From: Micropepsaceae bacterium
Lineage (GTDB): Bacteria > Pseudomonadota > Alphaproteobacteria > Micropepsales > Micropepsaceae
Reading direction: 5' to 3'
DNA: 64,000 nucleotides
Assembly: GCA_044220975.1 (NCBI GenBank)
Contig: JBGAPZ010000019.1
Coordinates: forward strand, 2,138 to 66,137
Program-made: the position numbers and the translations under genes
Shown here: piece by piece, positions 45,848-54,967 of the stretch
How the letters are laid out: each line of letters begins with the position of its first letter
Position numbering within the stretch: position 1 is the first letter of the stretch
Notes under the pieces: generated by a model
What the model was told of the DNA's origin: nothing
Databases searched by the model: none
What the model saw: only the letters and a program-made list of their open reading frames with translations

Positions 45848-47391
45848 GCGAAGAGCCCGTGGACGAACCAGCGCGGGGCGTTGGTTTCGCGGGCGTAGAG
45901 GCCTTCGCGGTAGAGCCAGAAGCGACGGCCTTGGCGGTCCTCGACGCGGAAATAGTCGCGGGTGAGCGGGCGGCCTTCGCCGTCGCGCCACCATTCGGTC
46001 GCGATGCGTTCGGGTCCTTCGGTCGCGGCGACCTCGTGCATGACGCGGCGCCAGAGGAAGCGAGCTGGTGGACCGTCAGGCACTTCGGCGATGGCGTCCA
46101 CTTCTTCCGGGCGCTCCAGCATGCGTAGAGGACGTTCGCAAACGGCGTCTTGCGGTTTCGGTTTTCGTGCGGGTGCGGGTAGCGGGCCGTTGCGCGCGGG
46201 TGCTTCGATGACGGCGTATTCGGGGATGTGGCTTTCGGCGAAGCCCAGACGCTTCACGCGCAGCATGCCGAAGCGCACGCCCAGGCGGTCGATCAGGTGG
46301 TCGACGTCGTCGTGGCCGTGCACGCCGTTGACAATGTCGGTTTGCGGCGCGTTCGTCTTTTCGGCCGTTATTACGGCGAGGCGTACGACGTCGAAGCCGA
46401 AGCCGGGGTCGAGTTCGTCGGCGAGCGTGGCGAAGCGTTCTCTGAACAAGCGGCAGAGTGCCTGCGGGTCGCGCAGCGGCTTTGAGGTTGCGACGGAGAG
46501 GCGGCGGACCGCGCCGTCGACGCGATAGAGCGTCACCTGCAACGCGCGGGCGCCTTCGCCGCGTTCCTCCATGCGCTTGGTGAGTTCGAGGGCGAGGTGT
46601 TCGACGATCTCCAAGACGTAGGCTTCGTGCGTGACCGGCTCGGCGAAGCAACGCTCGGCGATGTAAGGCGGCACGGGCAGGCGCGGGGTGATCGGTTCTT
46701 CGACGGTCCCTAAGGTTTCATCGAGGCGGCGGAGCAGGGCGGCGCCGAAGCGGGCGGCGAGCGGCGCACGCGGGCGGCCTTCGATGTCGGCGACCTTCTT
46801 CAATCCGACGCGGGCGAGGGCGTCGAGTTTGTTCGCGTCGAGGCGCAGCGCTGCGAGCGGTAAAGGCAGGATCGTTGCGCGAAGCTCGGCGTTGTCGATG
46901 ACGCGTTTGTCGGCGAACCGGGCCAACGCCCAGGCAGCGCCGACGGTGCCGGCGATGGCCGTGCGTGCCGTGAAGCCTTGGAGGCTTAGCTTTCGCACGA
47001 TGTCTTTGCGCATCGCTTCTTCGCCGCCGAAGAGGTGTGCGCAGCCGCTGATATCGAGCATCATGCCGGCGTCGCTCAACCCCACGAGCGGGGTGTAGCG
47101 GCCGAGCCAGTCGCAGATCGCTTCCGCGAGGCGCTGGTCGGCGGCCGGGTCGGCGTGATCGACGGCGAGGCTTGGGTGCATCGCGCGGGCGTCGGCAAGC
47201 GGCTGGCCCACGCGCAGGCCGAGCGCTGCGGCTTCAGCGTTCATCGCGCTCAGGCGGAGCGCGCTTTTGACCTCCGTTACGATGACACGCGGATCACGCG
47301 GTCTTGGCGAGCTGCCACGTTCGATCCGGTCGGTCGGCAAATGGACGAGCCAGACGGCGAGATAGCGGCGGGATTGCAAATGTGCGCTCAT
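45844..47391 (-). CDS. imuB: ImuB, Y-family polymerase-like protein of the SOS mutagenesis cassette
   Basis: YLAVWLVHLPTDRI N-terminus and position between imuA and dnaE2. The stop overlaps the dnaE2 start. The start is either ATG 47391 or TTG 47430. Confidence 0.85.
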   Translation of the reverse strand: MSAHLQSRRYLAVWLVHLPTDRIERGSSPRPRDPRVIVTEVKSALRLSAMNAEAAALGLRVGQPLADARAMHPSLAVDHADPAADQRLAEAICDWLGRYTPLVGLSDAGMMLDISGCAHLFGGEEAMRKDIVRKLSLQGFTARTAIAGTVGAAWALARFADKRVIDNAELRATILPLPLAALRLDANKLDALARVGLKKVADIEGRPRAPLAARFGAALLRRLDETLGTVEEPITPRLPVPPYIAERCFAEPVTHEAYVLEIVEHLALELTKRMEERGEGARALQVTLYRVDGAVRRLSVATSKPLRDPQALCRLFRERFATLADELDPGFGFDVVRLAVITAEKTNAPQTDIVNGVHGHDDVDHLIDRLGVRFGMLRVKRLGFAESHIPEYAVIEAPARNGPLPAPARKPKPQDAVCERPLRMLERPEEVDAIAEVPDGPPARFLWRRVMHEVAATEGPERIATEWWRDGEGRPLTRDYFRVEDRQGRRFWLYREGLYARETNAPRWFVHGLFA

Positions 47392-48277
47392 GGGATTGCC
47401 ATTCGACGCGCCATTGGCCGCACTGGCCAAAGCGGTTTTTTACAAGATCAAGCTGGAACGTGGGTGGGCCGAGCCCGCCGAACGCGTCGGGTAGACTTGG
47501 CGCGGATCCGATTTGCCAGCGCGTGGTCGCGGCGTTCGGTTCGATGGCGCTTGCGTGGCGCAGGATGAGACCGAGGCCACCCCCTTCTTGCGCGGCGAGG
47601 GCCAGACGCCTTGTCATCGTGAGGTCGAGCACGCGCGTTGCCGGCGGGAACTCCGCGATGACGGCGGCGAAACCGCGGCACTTCAGTGCCTCCCCCATCG
47701 CCCAGAGCACATCTTCGGCGCGCGGTACGTTCAGATAGATCAGCGCGCGCGTGTCGACGCCCGAGAACGTTAGGCCGGGCAAATAGGGGCGGCCGAACTC
47801 GGCGGCGGTGAAGTCGTGCTGGATATAGAGCGTGTGCGCGGTCGGCGTTTCGGCGCGTGCGGCGAGGCCGAAGACGAAGCCCGCGGCCGAGGCCATGTCG
47901 GGTGCGCCCTTCGGCATGAACTCGTGGATCGTGCCGCGCATCAGGCCGCCGTTCAGTGTCGCGTCGATCGCGGCCGCGCCGGTCGCGACGGGCGGGCGCG
48001 AACGCGGGTCGGCCTTGCGCAGGCATGCAGCTTCGATCGCCGCGATCGTTTGGCGGAGCGCCGTGCCGTCAGGTCGAGGGCTCAGTTCGCGGCGGGCAGG
48101 CGAGAGATGTAAAATCTCATCCGTTATATGCGTTATTTTGGCTGAATTCCGCGGTTTTATCCGTTCGGAATCCGTTCGGAATCCGTTATTTGCCGTATCC
48201 TCTGCATTGGGTGCGCAGACGGTTTCGAAGGTTTGCTCAGGAGACACGTCGTCCTCCGCCGCCATCGCTTTTGGCAC
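47294..48277 (-). CDS. imuA: ImuA, RecA-fold SOS mutagenesis protein (start codon uncertain)
   Basis: LNGGLMRGTIHEF and a C-terminal ..RNRFGQCGQWRVEW. The first roughly 55 codons of the ORF fall in an AT-rich repeat region that may be promoter rather than coding sequence. Confidence 0.75.
   Translation of the reverse strand: MPKAMAAEDDVSPEQTFETVCAPNAEDTANNGFRTDSERIKPRNSAKITHITDEILHLSPARRELSPRPDGTALRQTIAAIEAACLRKADPRSRPPVATGAAAIDATLNGGLMRGTIHEFMPKGAPDMASAAGFVFGLAARAETPTAHTLYIQHDFTAAEFGRPYLPGLTFSGVDTRALIYLNVPRAEDVLWAMGEALKCRGFAAVIAEFPPATRVLDLTMTRRLALAAQEGGGLGLILRHASAIEPNAATTRWQIGSAPSLPDAFGGLGPPTFQLDLVKNRFGQCGQWRVEWQSHERTFAIPPLSRRLARPFADRPDRTWQLAKTA
48163..48188. promoter_or_regulatory. Second LexA-box-like element, GTTCGGAATCCGTTC, followed by a third imperfect repeat (GGAATCCGTTA)
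   Basis: GTTC-N7-GTTC at 48163-48177, with an 11-bp unit repeated about 2.5 times. It lies inside the ORF-track imuA N-terminus. Confidence 0.45.
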
Positions 48278-48304
48278 GGTTCAGCCCTCTTTGCTCTTGC
48301 AATT

Positions 48305-48319
48305 GTTCTATATTTGTTC
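48305..48319. promoter_or_regulatory. Alphaproteobacterial-type LexA box GTTC-N7-GTTC (GTTCTATATTTGTTC)
   Basis: Exact match to the direct-repeat consensus, 28 nt upstream of the first possible imuA start. Confidence 0.65.
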
Positions 48320-48399
48320 TAGTCTAAGTGGCATTGAGAGTCAAGCACGTTTCGTCGTGGCTCGAACAATTTCGGTGACATAATAACGGCAAGCTTCCC

Positions 48400-48804
48400 C
48401 TAGGAAGCCTCTTGTCCCCATGCGCGCCAACCTTGGGTCAGCAGGTAACAAAAGAGCGTTGTGGCCGCGAGAGCGGCATCGACCGCGATGATGCTGGTCG
48501 CGGTCTCGCTGAGACGCGCTTCGACGACGGGGACCGCCTTGACGAAGAATGCCAGAAACGCCGCCACGCCCGCCTTGTGAAAGAAGACCAGCTCCCACAC
48601 GCCGGTCAGGCGGCGGGGAAAAAGTCCAAGCAACGTGAACAGGCCGGCAAAAACCAAAAAGCCGAACATCCGCCACGTCTCGATGTTGATCCGGTCGGGG
48701 GCCCAGGACTCAAACGCCAGCGCGGCGTTGGCAAAGGCGCCGACCGAGGCGATACCCAGAATGATCATCAATGTACGTGCGAGGCGGTCGCGGGCCGGTG
48801 ACAT
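48400..48804 (-). CDS. Hypothetical membrane protein (4 predicted TM helices)
   Basis: 134-aa hydrophobic ORF, divergent from the LysR gene. Confidence 0.5.
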   Translation of the reverse strand: MSPARDRLARTLMIILGIASVGAFANAALAFESWAPDRINIETWRMFGFLVFAGLFTLLGLFPRRLTGVWELVFFHKAGVAAFLAFFVKAVPVVEARLSETATSIIAVDAALAATTLFCYLLTQGWRAWGQEAS

Positions 48805-48899
48805 TTCGGTTTCTCCGTCGTTTACTGACGGCGCCAGATTGGCAAAAAGACAGATAATCGATAAGTTGCTAACTTCGTTGATCCGCTATACGTAAATAT

Positions 48900-49790
48900 A
48901 TGAACTCAGAACCGGACTGGACGCTCTATCGAACGTTTCTAACCGTCGCGAAGCTTGGCTCTCTGTCGGCGGCCGCCCGCGACTTGGGTCTCACGCAGCC
49001 GACGGTTGCGCGGCACGTCGAGAGCTTGGAGGGCGAGCTAGAGCTCGATCTATTCGTGCGTTCTCCACGCGGGTTGATTCCAACCGACATCGCACTCGCG
49101 TTGGTGCCGCAAGCCGAGGCGATCGCTGCGTCGGCCGCAACGCTGCTTCGAACCGCGGCGAGCGGCAAAGGCGAGATGACGGGCAGTGTGCGTGTCAGCG
49201 CCAGCGAGGTTATGGGCGTCGAGCGTCTGCCGCGCATTCTCGCCGATCTGCGCCGCGCGTATCCGCGTATCGATATCCAATTGGTCCTTTCGGACACAGT
49301 TCAAGATTTGCTTTCGCGCGAAGCCGATGTCGCCGTGCGGCAAGTTTTGCCGACGCAAAGCGCTCTGCTCGCCAAGAAGCTGAGGCCGACCGTGATCGGG
49401 CTCTATGCGCATCGCTCCTATTTGAAGCGCCGCGGCGAACCGCGCTCGTTGAACGAACTCGCCGATCACGATTTGATCGGTTTCGATCGATGGAGCTCCG
49501 GCACGCGGGAGATGCTGCGGCGCTTTCCCCAGGTTGAGCGGGCTCGCTTCGCGTTGCGCACGGATAGCGACCTCGCCAAACACGCGGCGGTCAGGGCCGG
49601 GCTCGGTATCAGTCTGATGCAGGCAAACATCGCCGAGCGCGAAGTGGATTTGAAACGCGTCTTGTCCGACAAAGTCTCGATCGACCTGCCGCTCTGGATC
49701 GTGATGCACGAGGATCTGAAGTCCAGCGCGGTTTGCCGCGCTGCCTTCAATGCGTTGGCGACGGGTCTATCCGCGCGCGAACGGCGTTAG
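48900..49790 (+). CDS. LysR-family transcriptional regulator
   Basis: N-terminal HTH FLTVAKLGSLSAAARDLGLTQPTVARHVESLE and a typical length of 296 aa. Confidence 0.9.
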   Translation: MNSEPDWTLYRTFLTVAKLGSLSAAARDLGLTQPTVARHVESLEGELELDLFVRSPRGLIPTDIALALVPQAEAIAASAATLLRTAASGKGEMTGSVRVSASEVMGVERLPRILADLRRAYPRIDIQLVLSDTVQDLLSREADVAVRQVLPTQSALLAKKLRPTVIGLYAHRSYLKRRGEPRSLNELADHDLIGFDRWSSGTREMLRRFPQVERARFALRTDSDLAKHAAVRAGLGISLMQANIAEREVDLKRVLSDKVSIDLPLWIVMHEDLKSSAVCRAAFNALATGLSARERR

Positions 49791-50470
49791 TGGTTTTCCG
49801 ACACGGGCAATGGGCCGGATAGCGGTTTGAACGATTTCGCTTTGGCGTGGGCTTCGGCGCGTTGGGCGGGGGTGAGTTTGCCGTGGAGTGCGCCCATCGC
49901 GGAATCGGGCGGCGGCTTCATGATGTCAAACTTCGTTTCGGGCAACATCTTGAAGCCCTCCATCGCGCCGAGGATGTACCACGTATAGGCTTCGACGACG
50001 TCGGTGCGGCCGGCATCGCCGGTCTCGAGCATGAGCCCGATGTTGTACATCGCGGGGCCGTGGCCGTACTTCGCCGCCCACAAATACCAGCGTGCTGCTT
50101 CGGGCAAACTTTCGGGAACGCCGTAGCCGTTGTCGTACATCGTTCCCAAATCCATCATGGAGCGGCGTTCGCCACCCATCGCGGCTTGCAAGTGGTACTT
50201 GCGCGCTTTCTCAAAATCGCGCTGCACCACGTTCGGCTTGCCGTCCATGTATTCGACGCCCAAGCGGCGGGCGGATTCGACGTCGCCCTGGGCCGCATGT
50301 TCCGTCCACCACGCGAGGGCTTCGGGGTATTGACCGCGACGGAAAAGGTCATCGCCTTCGGAGCGCACGGCCGGCGCCGTTTGTTCGGCCTGGGCGACGA
50401 TCGTGTGGGCGGCGAAGGGTGCGCTTGCGGCGACGACAACGGCGAGGGCGAGGCGAGCGAGAGCGTTCAT
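49787..50470 (-). CDS. Secreted Sel1/TPR-repeat protein
   Basis: Signal peptide MNALARLALAVVVAASAPFAAH and several A..G...A...LG..Y..G.GV Sel1 repeats. I chose the ATG at 50470. Confidence 0.8.
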   Translation of the reverse strand: MNALARLALAVVVAASAPFAAHTIVAQAEQTAPAVRSEGDDLFRRGQYPEALAWWTEHAAQGDVESARRLGVEYMDGKPNVVQRDFEKARKYHLQAAMGGERRSMMDLGTMYDNGYGVPESLPEAARWYLWAAKYGHGPAMYNIGLMLETGDAGRTDVVEAYTWYILGAMEGFKMLPETKFDIMKPPPDSAMGALHGKLTPAQRAEAHAKAKSFKPLSGPLPVSENH

Positions 50471-50622
50471 CGATGTTTCCACGCATGTACTTGGGGTGCC
50501 CAACTTTGCCGGGGCGGACCTCGAAATGCTAGTGGCCAAAAGACAGGTGTCCCGCTTCACAGGTGGCTTGAAGCTTTGTGGCCTATTGCGCATGGTCCGG
50601 CCCACAAAAAGGGAACGATCCA

Positions 50623-51234
50623 ATGGCGTTGAAGATTGTGGGGTCCGGCCTCGGCCGGACGGGAACCAAGTCGATGCAGACCGCGCTCAACATGCTGGGG
50701 TTCGGGCCGTGTCATCACATGGTGGAGGTGTTCGCGCATCCGGAGAGCATGGCGCTTTGGATCGAAGCCGGTCATGGCCGGGGCGATTGGGATGCGATCT
50801 TCGCCGACTACAAGTCGATGGTCGATTTCCCCGGCGCACATTATTGGCGCCAGCTCGCCGCGCATTATCCGAACGCGAAGGTGCTGCATACCGAGCGCGA
50901 TCCCGACAAGTGGTTCGATTCAACGCAGGCCACAATCTTGGCGCCGGGTTCGCCGGTCACGCAGAACGACGGTCCGATGGCGCTATTCTTTCAAAGTTTC
51001 ACCAAAGACTTTCGCGCGCATATGCACGACCGCGCGTTCATGACGGACTATTTCCGCCGGCACAACGAAGAGGTCAAGCGTACGATCGCGCCGGAGCGGT
51101 TGCTCGTCTATGAGGCGGGGCAGGGCTGGGAGCCGTTGTGCAAGTTCCTGGGCGTGAGCGTGCCGGATGCGCCGTACCCGTCCGAGAATTCAAGTGCGGA
51201 ATTCCAAGCTCGCGTCGCGTCGGGACGGCATTGA
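50623..51234 (+). CDS. Sulfotransferase-family-like P-loop protein (tentative)
   Basis: GSGLGRTGTKS PAPS-loop-like N-terminus and a length of about 200 aa. The family call is from memory only. Confidence 0.55.
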   Translation: MALKIVGSGLGRTGTKSMQTALNMLGFGPCHHMVEVFAHPESMALWIEAGHGRGDWDAIFADYKSMVDFPGAHYWRQLAAHYPNAKVLHTERDPDKWFDSTQATILAPGSPVTQNDGPMALFFQSFTKDFRAHMHDRAFMTDYFRRHNEEVKRTIAPERLLVYEAGQGWEPLCKFLGVSVPDAPYPSENSSAEFQARVASGRH

Positions 51235-51250
51235 AACGGGGCCAATCGAA

Positions 51251-51613
51251 ATGGCGGCGAAGGTTACGATCTATCACAACCCAAAATGCGGGACTTCGCG
51301 CAACGTGCTTGCGCTCATTCGCGAGGCGGGGATCGAGCCCACGGTGATCGAATATCTGAAGCATCCGCCGTCACGAACCGAACTGCTGTCGCTGATCAAG
51401 CGGTCCGGTGGAACAGTGCGCGACATGCTGCGCGCGAAGGAGGCCCTTGCCGATGAGCTTGGGCTTAACGATGCGAAGGTGAGCGAGGCGAAGATCGTGG
51501 ACGCGATGATGGCGCATCCGATCCTGATCAACCGGCCGATCGTGGTGACCGAGCGCATCGTAAAATTGTGCCGGCCGTCAGAGACAGTCCACGAGATTTT
51601 GCCGAAGAAATGA
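51251..51613 (+). CDS. arsC: ArsC/Spx-family arsenate reductase, glutaredoxin-coupled type
   Basis: IYHNPKCGTSRN catalytic motif and ILINRPIV near the C-terminus. Confidence 0.85.
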   Translation: MAAKVTIYHNPKCGTSRNVLALIREAGIEPTVIEYLKHPPSRTELLSLIKRSGGTVRDMLRAKEALADELGLNDAKVSEAKIVDAMMAHPILINRPIVVTERIVKLCRPSETVHEILPKK

Positions 51614-51620
51614 GGGTGCC

Positions 51621-52583
51621 ATGAAAGCTGCCGTCTACTACGAGAATGGTCCGCCGTCCGTATTGAAGTATGAGGATGTCGAGGATCCGATTTGTTATGC
51701 GCCGGGTGTCGTCATCAAGGTCGAGGCGGTTTCGATCGAAGGCGGCGATACGCTGAACCGCCTTGGCGGCGCCCTAATCACTTCGCCGCATATCGTCGGG
51801 TATCAGGCGGCCGGAACGATCGTTCAGGTCGGAAAAGAGGTCACGCACCTCAAAGTTGGGCAGAAGGTTGTGACGGTGAACGCGTTCGGTAGCCACGCGG
51901 AATTGCGCGCGGTGCCTGCGCGCAATGCGTGGGTCATTCCGGACGGGTTCGACGTGCGCGAAGCTTCGGCAATTCCGGTACCGTTCGGGACGGCGGATGA
52001 TTGCTTGTTCGAGTTCGGGCGGCTGAAGGCCGGCGAGACCGTGCTAGTGCAAGCGGGTGCCGGCGCGGTCGGGATCGCGGCCATTCAGCTGGCAAAGCGA
52101 GCCGGTGCGCGCGTGCTTGCGACGGCATCCAGCGACGAGCGGCTCGCGAAGTTGAAGCCGCTCGGCATGGATCACGGCATCAACTATGCGAAGCAAGACG
52201 TGGTGCAAGAGGTGATGAAGTTCACCGACAACAAGGGTGCCGACGTCGTGGTCGATCCGGTCGGCGGGTCGACGTTACAGAAAAGCCTGCTGTCGCTGGC
52301 GGCGCGCGGGCGCTGTTCAATGGTCGGCAATGCGGGGCGCGAGGCGCAGAAGCTGGATGTGTCGAGCTTGATGGCGGGCAACCGGTCGCTTACCGGCGTG
52401 TTCTTAGGCGCCGAGATTTTCACCGACCGCGTGCACGACATGATCCAACGCCACATCGACGACGCGGCGAAGGGGAAGCTCAAGGTCGTGATCGACAAGA
52501 CGTTTCCGTTGAAGGATGCGGCTGCCGCGCACGCCTATATCGAGAGCCGTCAGGCGGTCGGGCGGGTGTTGTTGATACCTTAG
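51621..52583 (+). CDS. Zinc-type alcohol dehydrogenase superfamily, NADPH:quinone oxidoreductase-like
   Basis: MDR fold with the GAGAVGIAAIQLAK Rossmann motif. Confidence 0.85.
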   Translation: MKAAVYYENGPPSVLKYEDVEDPICYAPGVVIKVEAVSIEGGDTLNRLGGALITSPHIVGYQAAGTIVQVGKEVTHLKVGQKVVTVNAFGSHAELRAVPARNAWVIPDGFDVREASAIPVPFGTADDCLFEFGRLKAGETVLVQAGAGAVGIAAIQLAKRAGARVLATASSDERLAKLKPLGMDHGINYAKQDVVQEVMKFTDNKGADVVVDPVGGSTLQKSLLSLAARGRCSMVGNAGREAQKLDVSSLMAGNRSLTGVFLGAEIFTDRVHDMIQRHIDDAAKGKLKVVIDKTFPLKDAAAAHAYIESRQAVGRVLLIP

Positions 52584-54019
52584 AACCGTCCGCCCGTGCG
52601 GAAGCCGCCGCGGCCGCCGCCGATTTTTATGCCGCCGATTTTGGGAAAGCCGCTTGAGGGCAGGCGGAAGCCACCGTCCCAAGGACTTTTGCGGCGCCGG
52701 TCGTCGTCATCGTCGTCGTCCCAGTCGCGCCTTCGGCTGTAGCCGCGGTTGAAGACGTCCCAAAGGACGGCACCTTGGATCGCGCCGCGGACGATGCCGC
52801 CGATTAGATCGCCAAGCGCGTCGTTGCGGTCGAGTTGGAACTGGCCCCAGGGGCCGTCGTAATTGTTCGCGCGGACCTTATCGCGAACGCCTTCGAGTTC
52901 GCTGCGGCGGCGAGCGATTTCGCGGGTCTCGTCGCGGATCTTCGCGACCTCGGTTTCGGCTTTTGCAATTGCGTTTTGCGCGAGTTCGATCTGCTGCACC
53001 AGCCGGTCGTCGTCGGTCGTGCGGGTCGTGCGCGCTTCGCGGTACATGGTTTGCAGGTCTTCACGCGCGATCGCCTGGGAGAGCACGGCGAGCGCCTCAT
53101 CGTGGGCACGGCGGTCGCCTTCATCCAGAAGTTTCGTGCGTTCTTGGTCGAGCGCGGCTAGCGCTGCTTGTGTTTTGGCGAGCGCTTCGCTTGCTGCCTT
53201 CAGGTCCGCTTGAGCGGTAGCAAGTTTCGTTTCGAGGGAAAGGATGCCCGCTCCCACGAGGGCCGCCCGCTCGATCTCTTCCAGCTTGTGATCTTCGTCT
53301 GCGACGCGCTTGACGAGCTCGGTCGCGTGTTCGCGCAGGCGCAGGGGAATTTCGTTCAGCAACGCGTAGTTCGGCCGCGCCGTTTCGTAACCGACAACGC
53401 GCGCGACCCAGCGGTCGATGGTGCGCGCGAAGTTGCCTGCTTTGTAATCCGCGGTCGCGAACTTGCGTTTCCACAAATACATGAATAGCGGATCGGCTTC
53501 GTAGGGTTTGCGCTTCGCGCCGAGGTCGGCTTCCGATTGTTTCGCCTTGTCTTCGGCCGCTCCAGCGACGCTTGTGACTTCCGTCAGCCGCGCCTTTTGC
53601 GCGGTCCAGGCGGGGTCGGACGCCAACTTCTGTTCGACATCGTGTTGCAGCGCTTTGATCGGTTCGCCCGCGGCTTCGACCGCGGCGGTCTTGGCGCGAT
53701 GGTCGGCTTCGGCAGCGACGACGCCGCTTTGCGCGCCGCCGTGGCGGATCAAGAGTTGATCGAGTTTCGCCTTGTGGGTGCGCAGCAAGTCCAACGCTCG
53801 GCGTTCGGCGGCGTCGAGGTCGCCCACGATCTCGTTGCGCACGAGCGCGTCTAGGCGGATGAGCGCCAGGCCGCGAAAGCTATCGGCGAGCTGCTTGCGC
53901 TGGCGTTCGGCTTCGCCGGCGGCAGACGCCAGCACCGCCGCCAAGCGGTTCTCGTTCGAGCGGACGCCGGCGATGGCGCTTTCGACTTCGGAGAGAGCGT
54001 CGCGACTGGATACCAACAT
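52580..54019 (-). CDS. Long coiled-coil protein of unknown function with an acidic run and a Gly/Arg-rich C-terminal tail
   Basis: 479-aa protein, largely heptad-like Ala/Glu/Lys/Arg-rich, with a central segment DPLFMYLWKRKFATADYKAGNFARTIDRWV. The C-terminus reads ...RDWDDDDDDDRRRKSPWDGGFR...GGIKIGGGRGGFRTGGRF. Its start abuts the upstream stop. Confidence 0.7.
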   Translation of the reverse strand: MLVSSRDALSEVESAIAGVRSNENRLAAVLASAAGEAERQRKQLADSFRGLALIRLDALVRNEIVGDLDAAERRALDLLRTHKAKLDQLLIRHGGAQSGVVAAEADHRAKTAAVEAAGEPIKALQHDVEQKLASDPAWTAQKARLTEVTSVAGAAEDKAKQSEADLGAKRKPYEADPLFMYLWKRKFATADYKAGNFARTIDRWVARVVGYETARPNYALLNEIPLRLREHATELVKRVADEDHKLEEIERAALVGAGILSLETKLATAQADLKAASEALAKTQAALAALDQERTKLLDEGDRRAHDEALAVLSQAIAREDLQTMYREARTTRTTDDDRLVQQIELAQNAIAKAETEVAKIRDETREIARRRSELEGVRDKVRANNYDGPWGQFQLDRNDALGDLIGGIVRGAIQGAVLWDVFNRGYSRRRDWDDDDDDDRRRKSPWDGGFRLPSSGFPKIGGIKIGGGRGGFRTGGRF

Positions 54020-54967
54020 CTACTCGTCGTCCCACGATGTGATGGCGCCTGGAAGCACCGACATTGTGTAACGGGGGTCGATTTCGCCGCGCTGCTTTTG
54101 GCCCAGGATGCGGTTCTCGATGATGCCGTTATCGCGCTTGTCGCGGGCGACGGCGTCGAACGTCGCTTGGGGCACGCGCTGCCCCCAAGCGTTGACGTTG
54201 TAGCTGCGGCCGTCTTCCTCGTTTGTGACGGGCATGGTGAGCGTGCGGCCGTCGGCACCGATGGGTTCGACCACGATGTAGTAGTTGCGCGCGCTCTCGT
54301 TCACGTTCGGGATGCGGAAGAATCCGGTCGTGCCGTCGGCAACGATGCGCAGTTGGTAGGTCTGGACGAGTTTCGCGCGCAAGGTTTCCAAGTTCGCGAT
54401 GGCCGTTCGCGCGCCGGTGGCATCGTTCACGGCCAGCGCCGCTTGGCCGTCGCGGAGCAGGCCGCCGGCTTCTGCTTTGACTGAATCGACCCGGGCTTCG
54501 GCGATGACGGCGGTGTGGGCGGCAGCGAGCGACTTCGGCAGCGTTTCGGTGAGTTCGATGCGAGCGGATTCGGTCGCGCGCTCGGCTGGGACGACGACGC
54601 CGTAGTGGTAACCGCCCCAGAGCGCGGTCACGCCAATCAGCAGCGCGCTTGTCCAACCGACAATCATGCCGCGCCTGACCCACATGAGCGCGAGCGATCG
54701 GCTGAGGCCCGGTAACGGTGCCGTATAGGTGAAGCGGCTTTCCTTCAGCGCTTTGATACCTTCGTCGATGGCGCCGTCCGTGACCTCGATGCCCTGGCTT
54801 TTGTAAATTTCGCGCAGGCGCTTTCTGAGATCGTCGTCGCGATTGGCCTGGCCGAGTTCACGCTCGACCAGAAGCTCGCGCTGACGGATCGTGTCGACCA
54901 CGTCCATCGCGACCATCAGTTCGTCGAGGGTCTGCGGCTTGGTCGCGACCGCGGTGGCGCCTGACAT
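54020..54967 (-). CDS. Single-pass membrane protein of unknown function
   Basis: 315-aa protein with a cytoplasmic N-domain, one TM helix (IVGWTSALLIGVTALWGGY) and a roughly 190-aa C-domain. Its start overlaps the upstream stop by 1 nt. Confidence 0.7.
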   Translation of the reverse strand: MSGATAVATKPQTLDELMVAMDVVDTIRQRELLVERELGQANRDDDLRKRLREIYKSQGIEVTDGAIDEGIKALKESRFTYTAPLPGLSRSLALMWVRRGMIVGWTSALLIGVTALWGGYHYGVVVPAERATESARIELTETLPKSLAAAHTAVIAEARVDSVKAEAGGLLRDGQAALAVNDATGARTAIANLETLRAKLVQTYQLRIVADGTTGFFRIPNVNESARNYYIVVEPIGADGRTLTMPVTNEEDGRSYNVNAWGQRVPQATFDAVARDKRDNGIIENRILGQKQRGEIDPRYTMSVLPGAITSWDDE

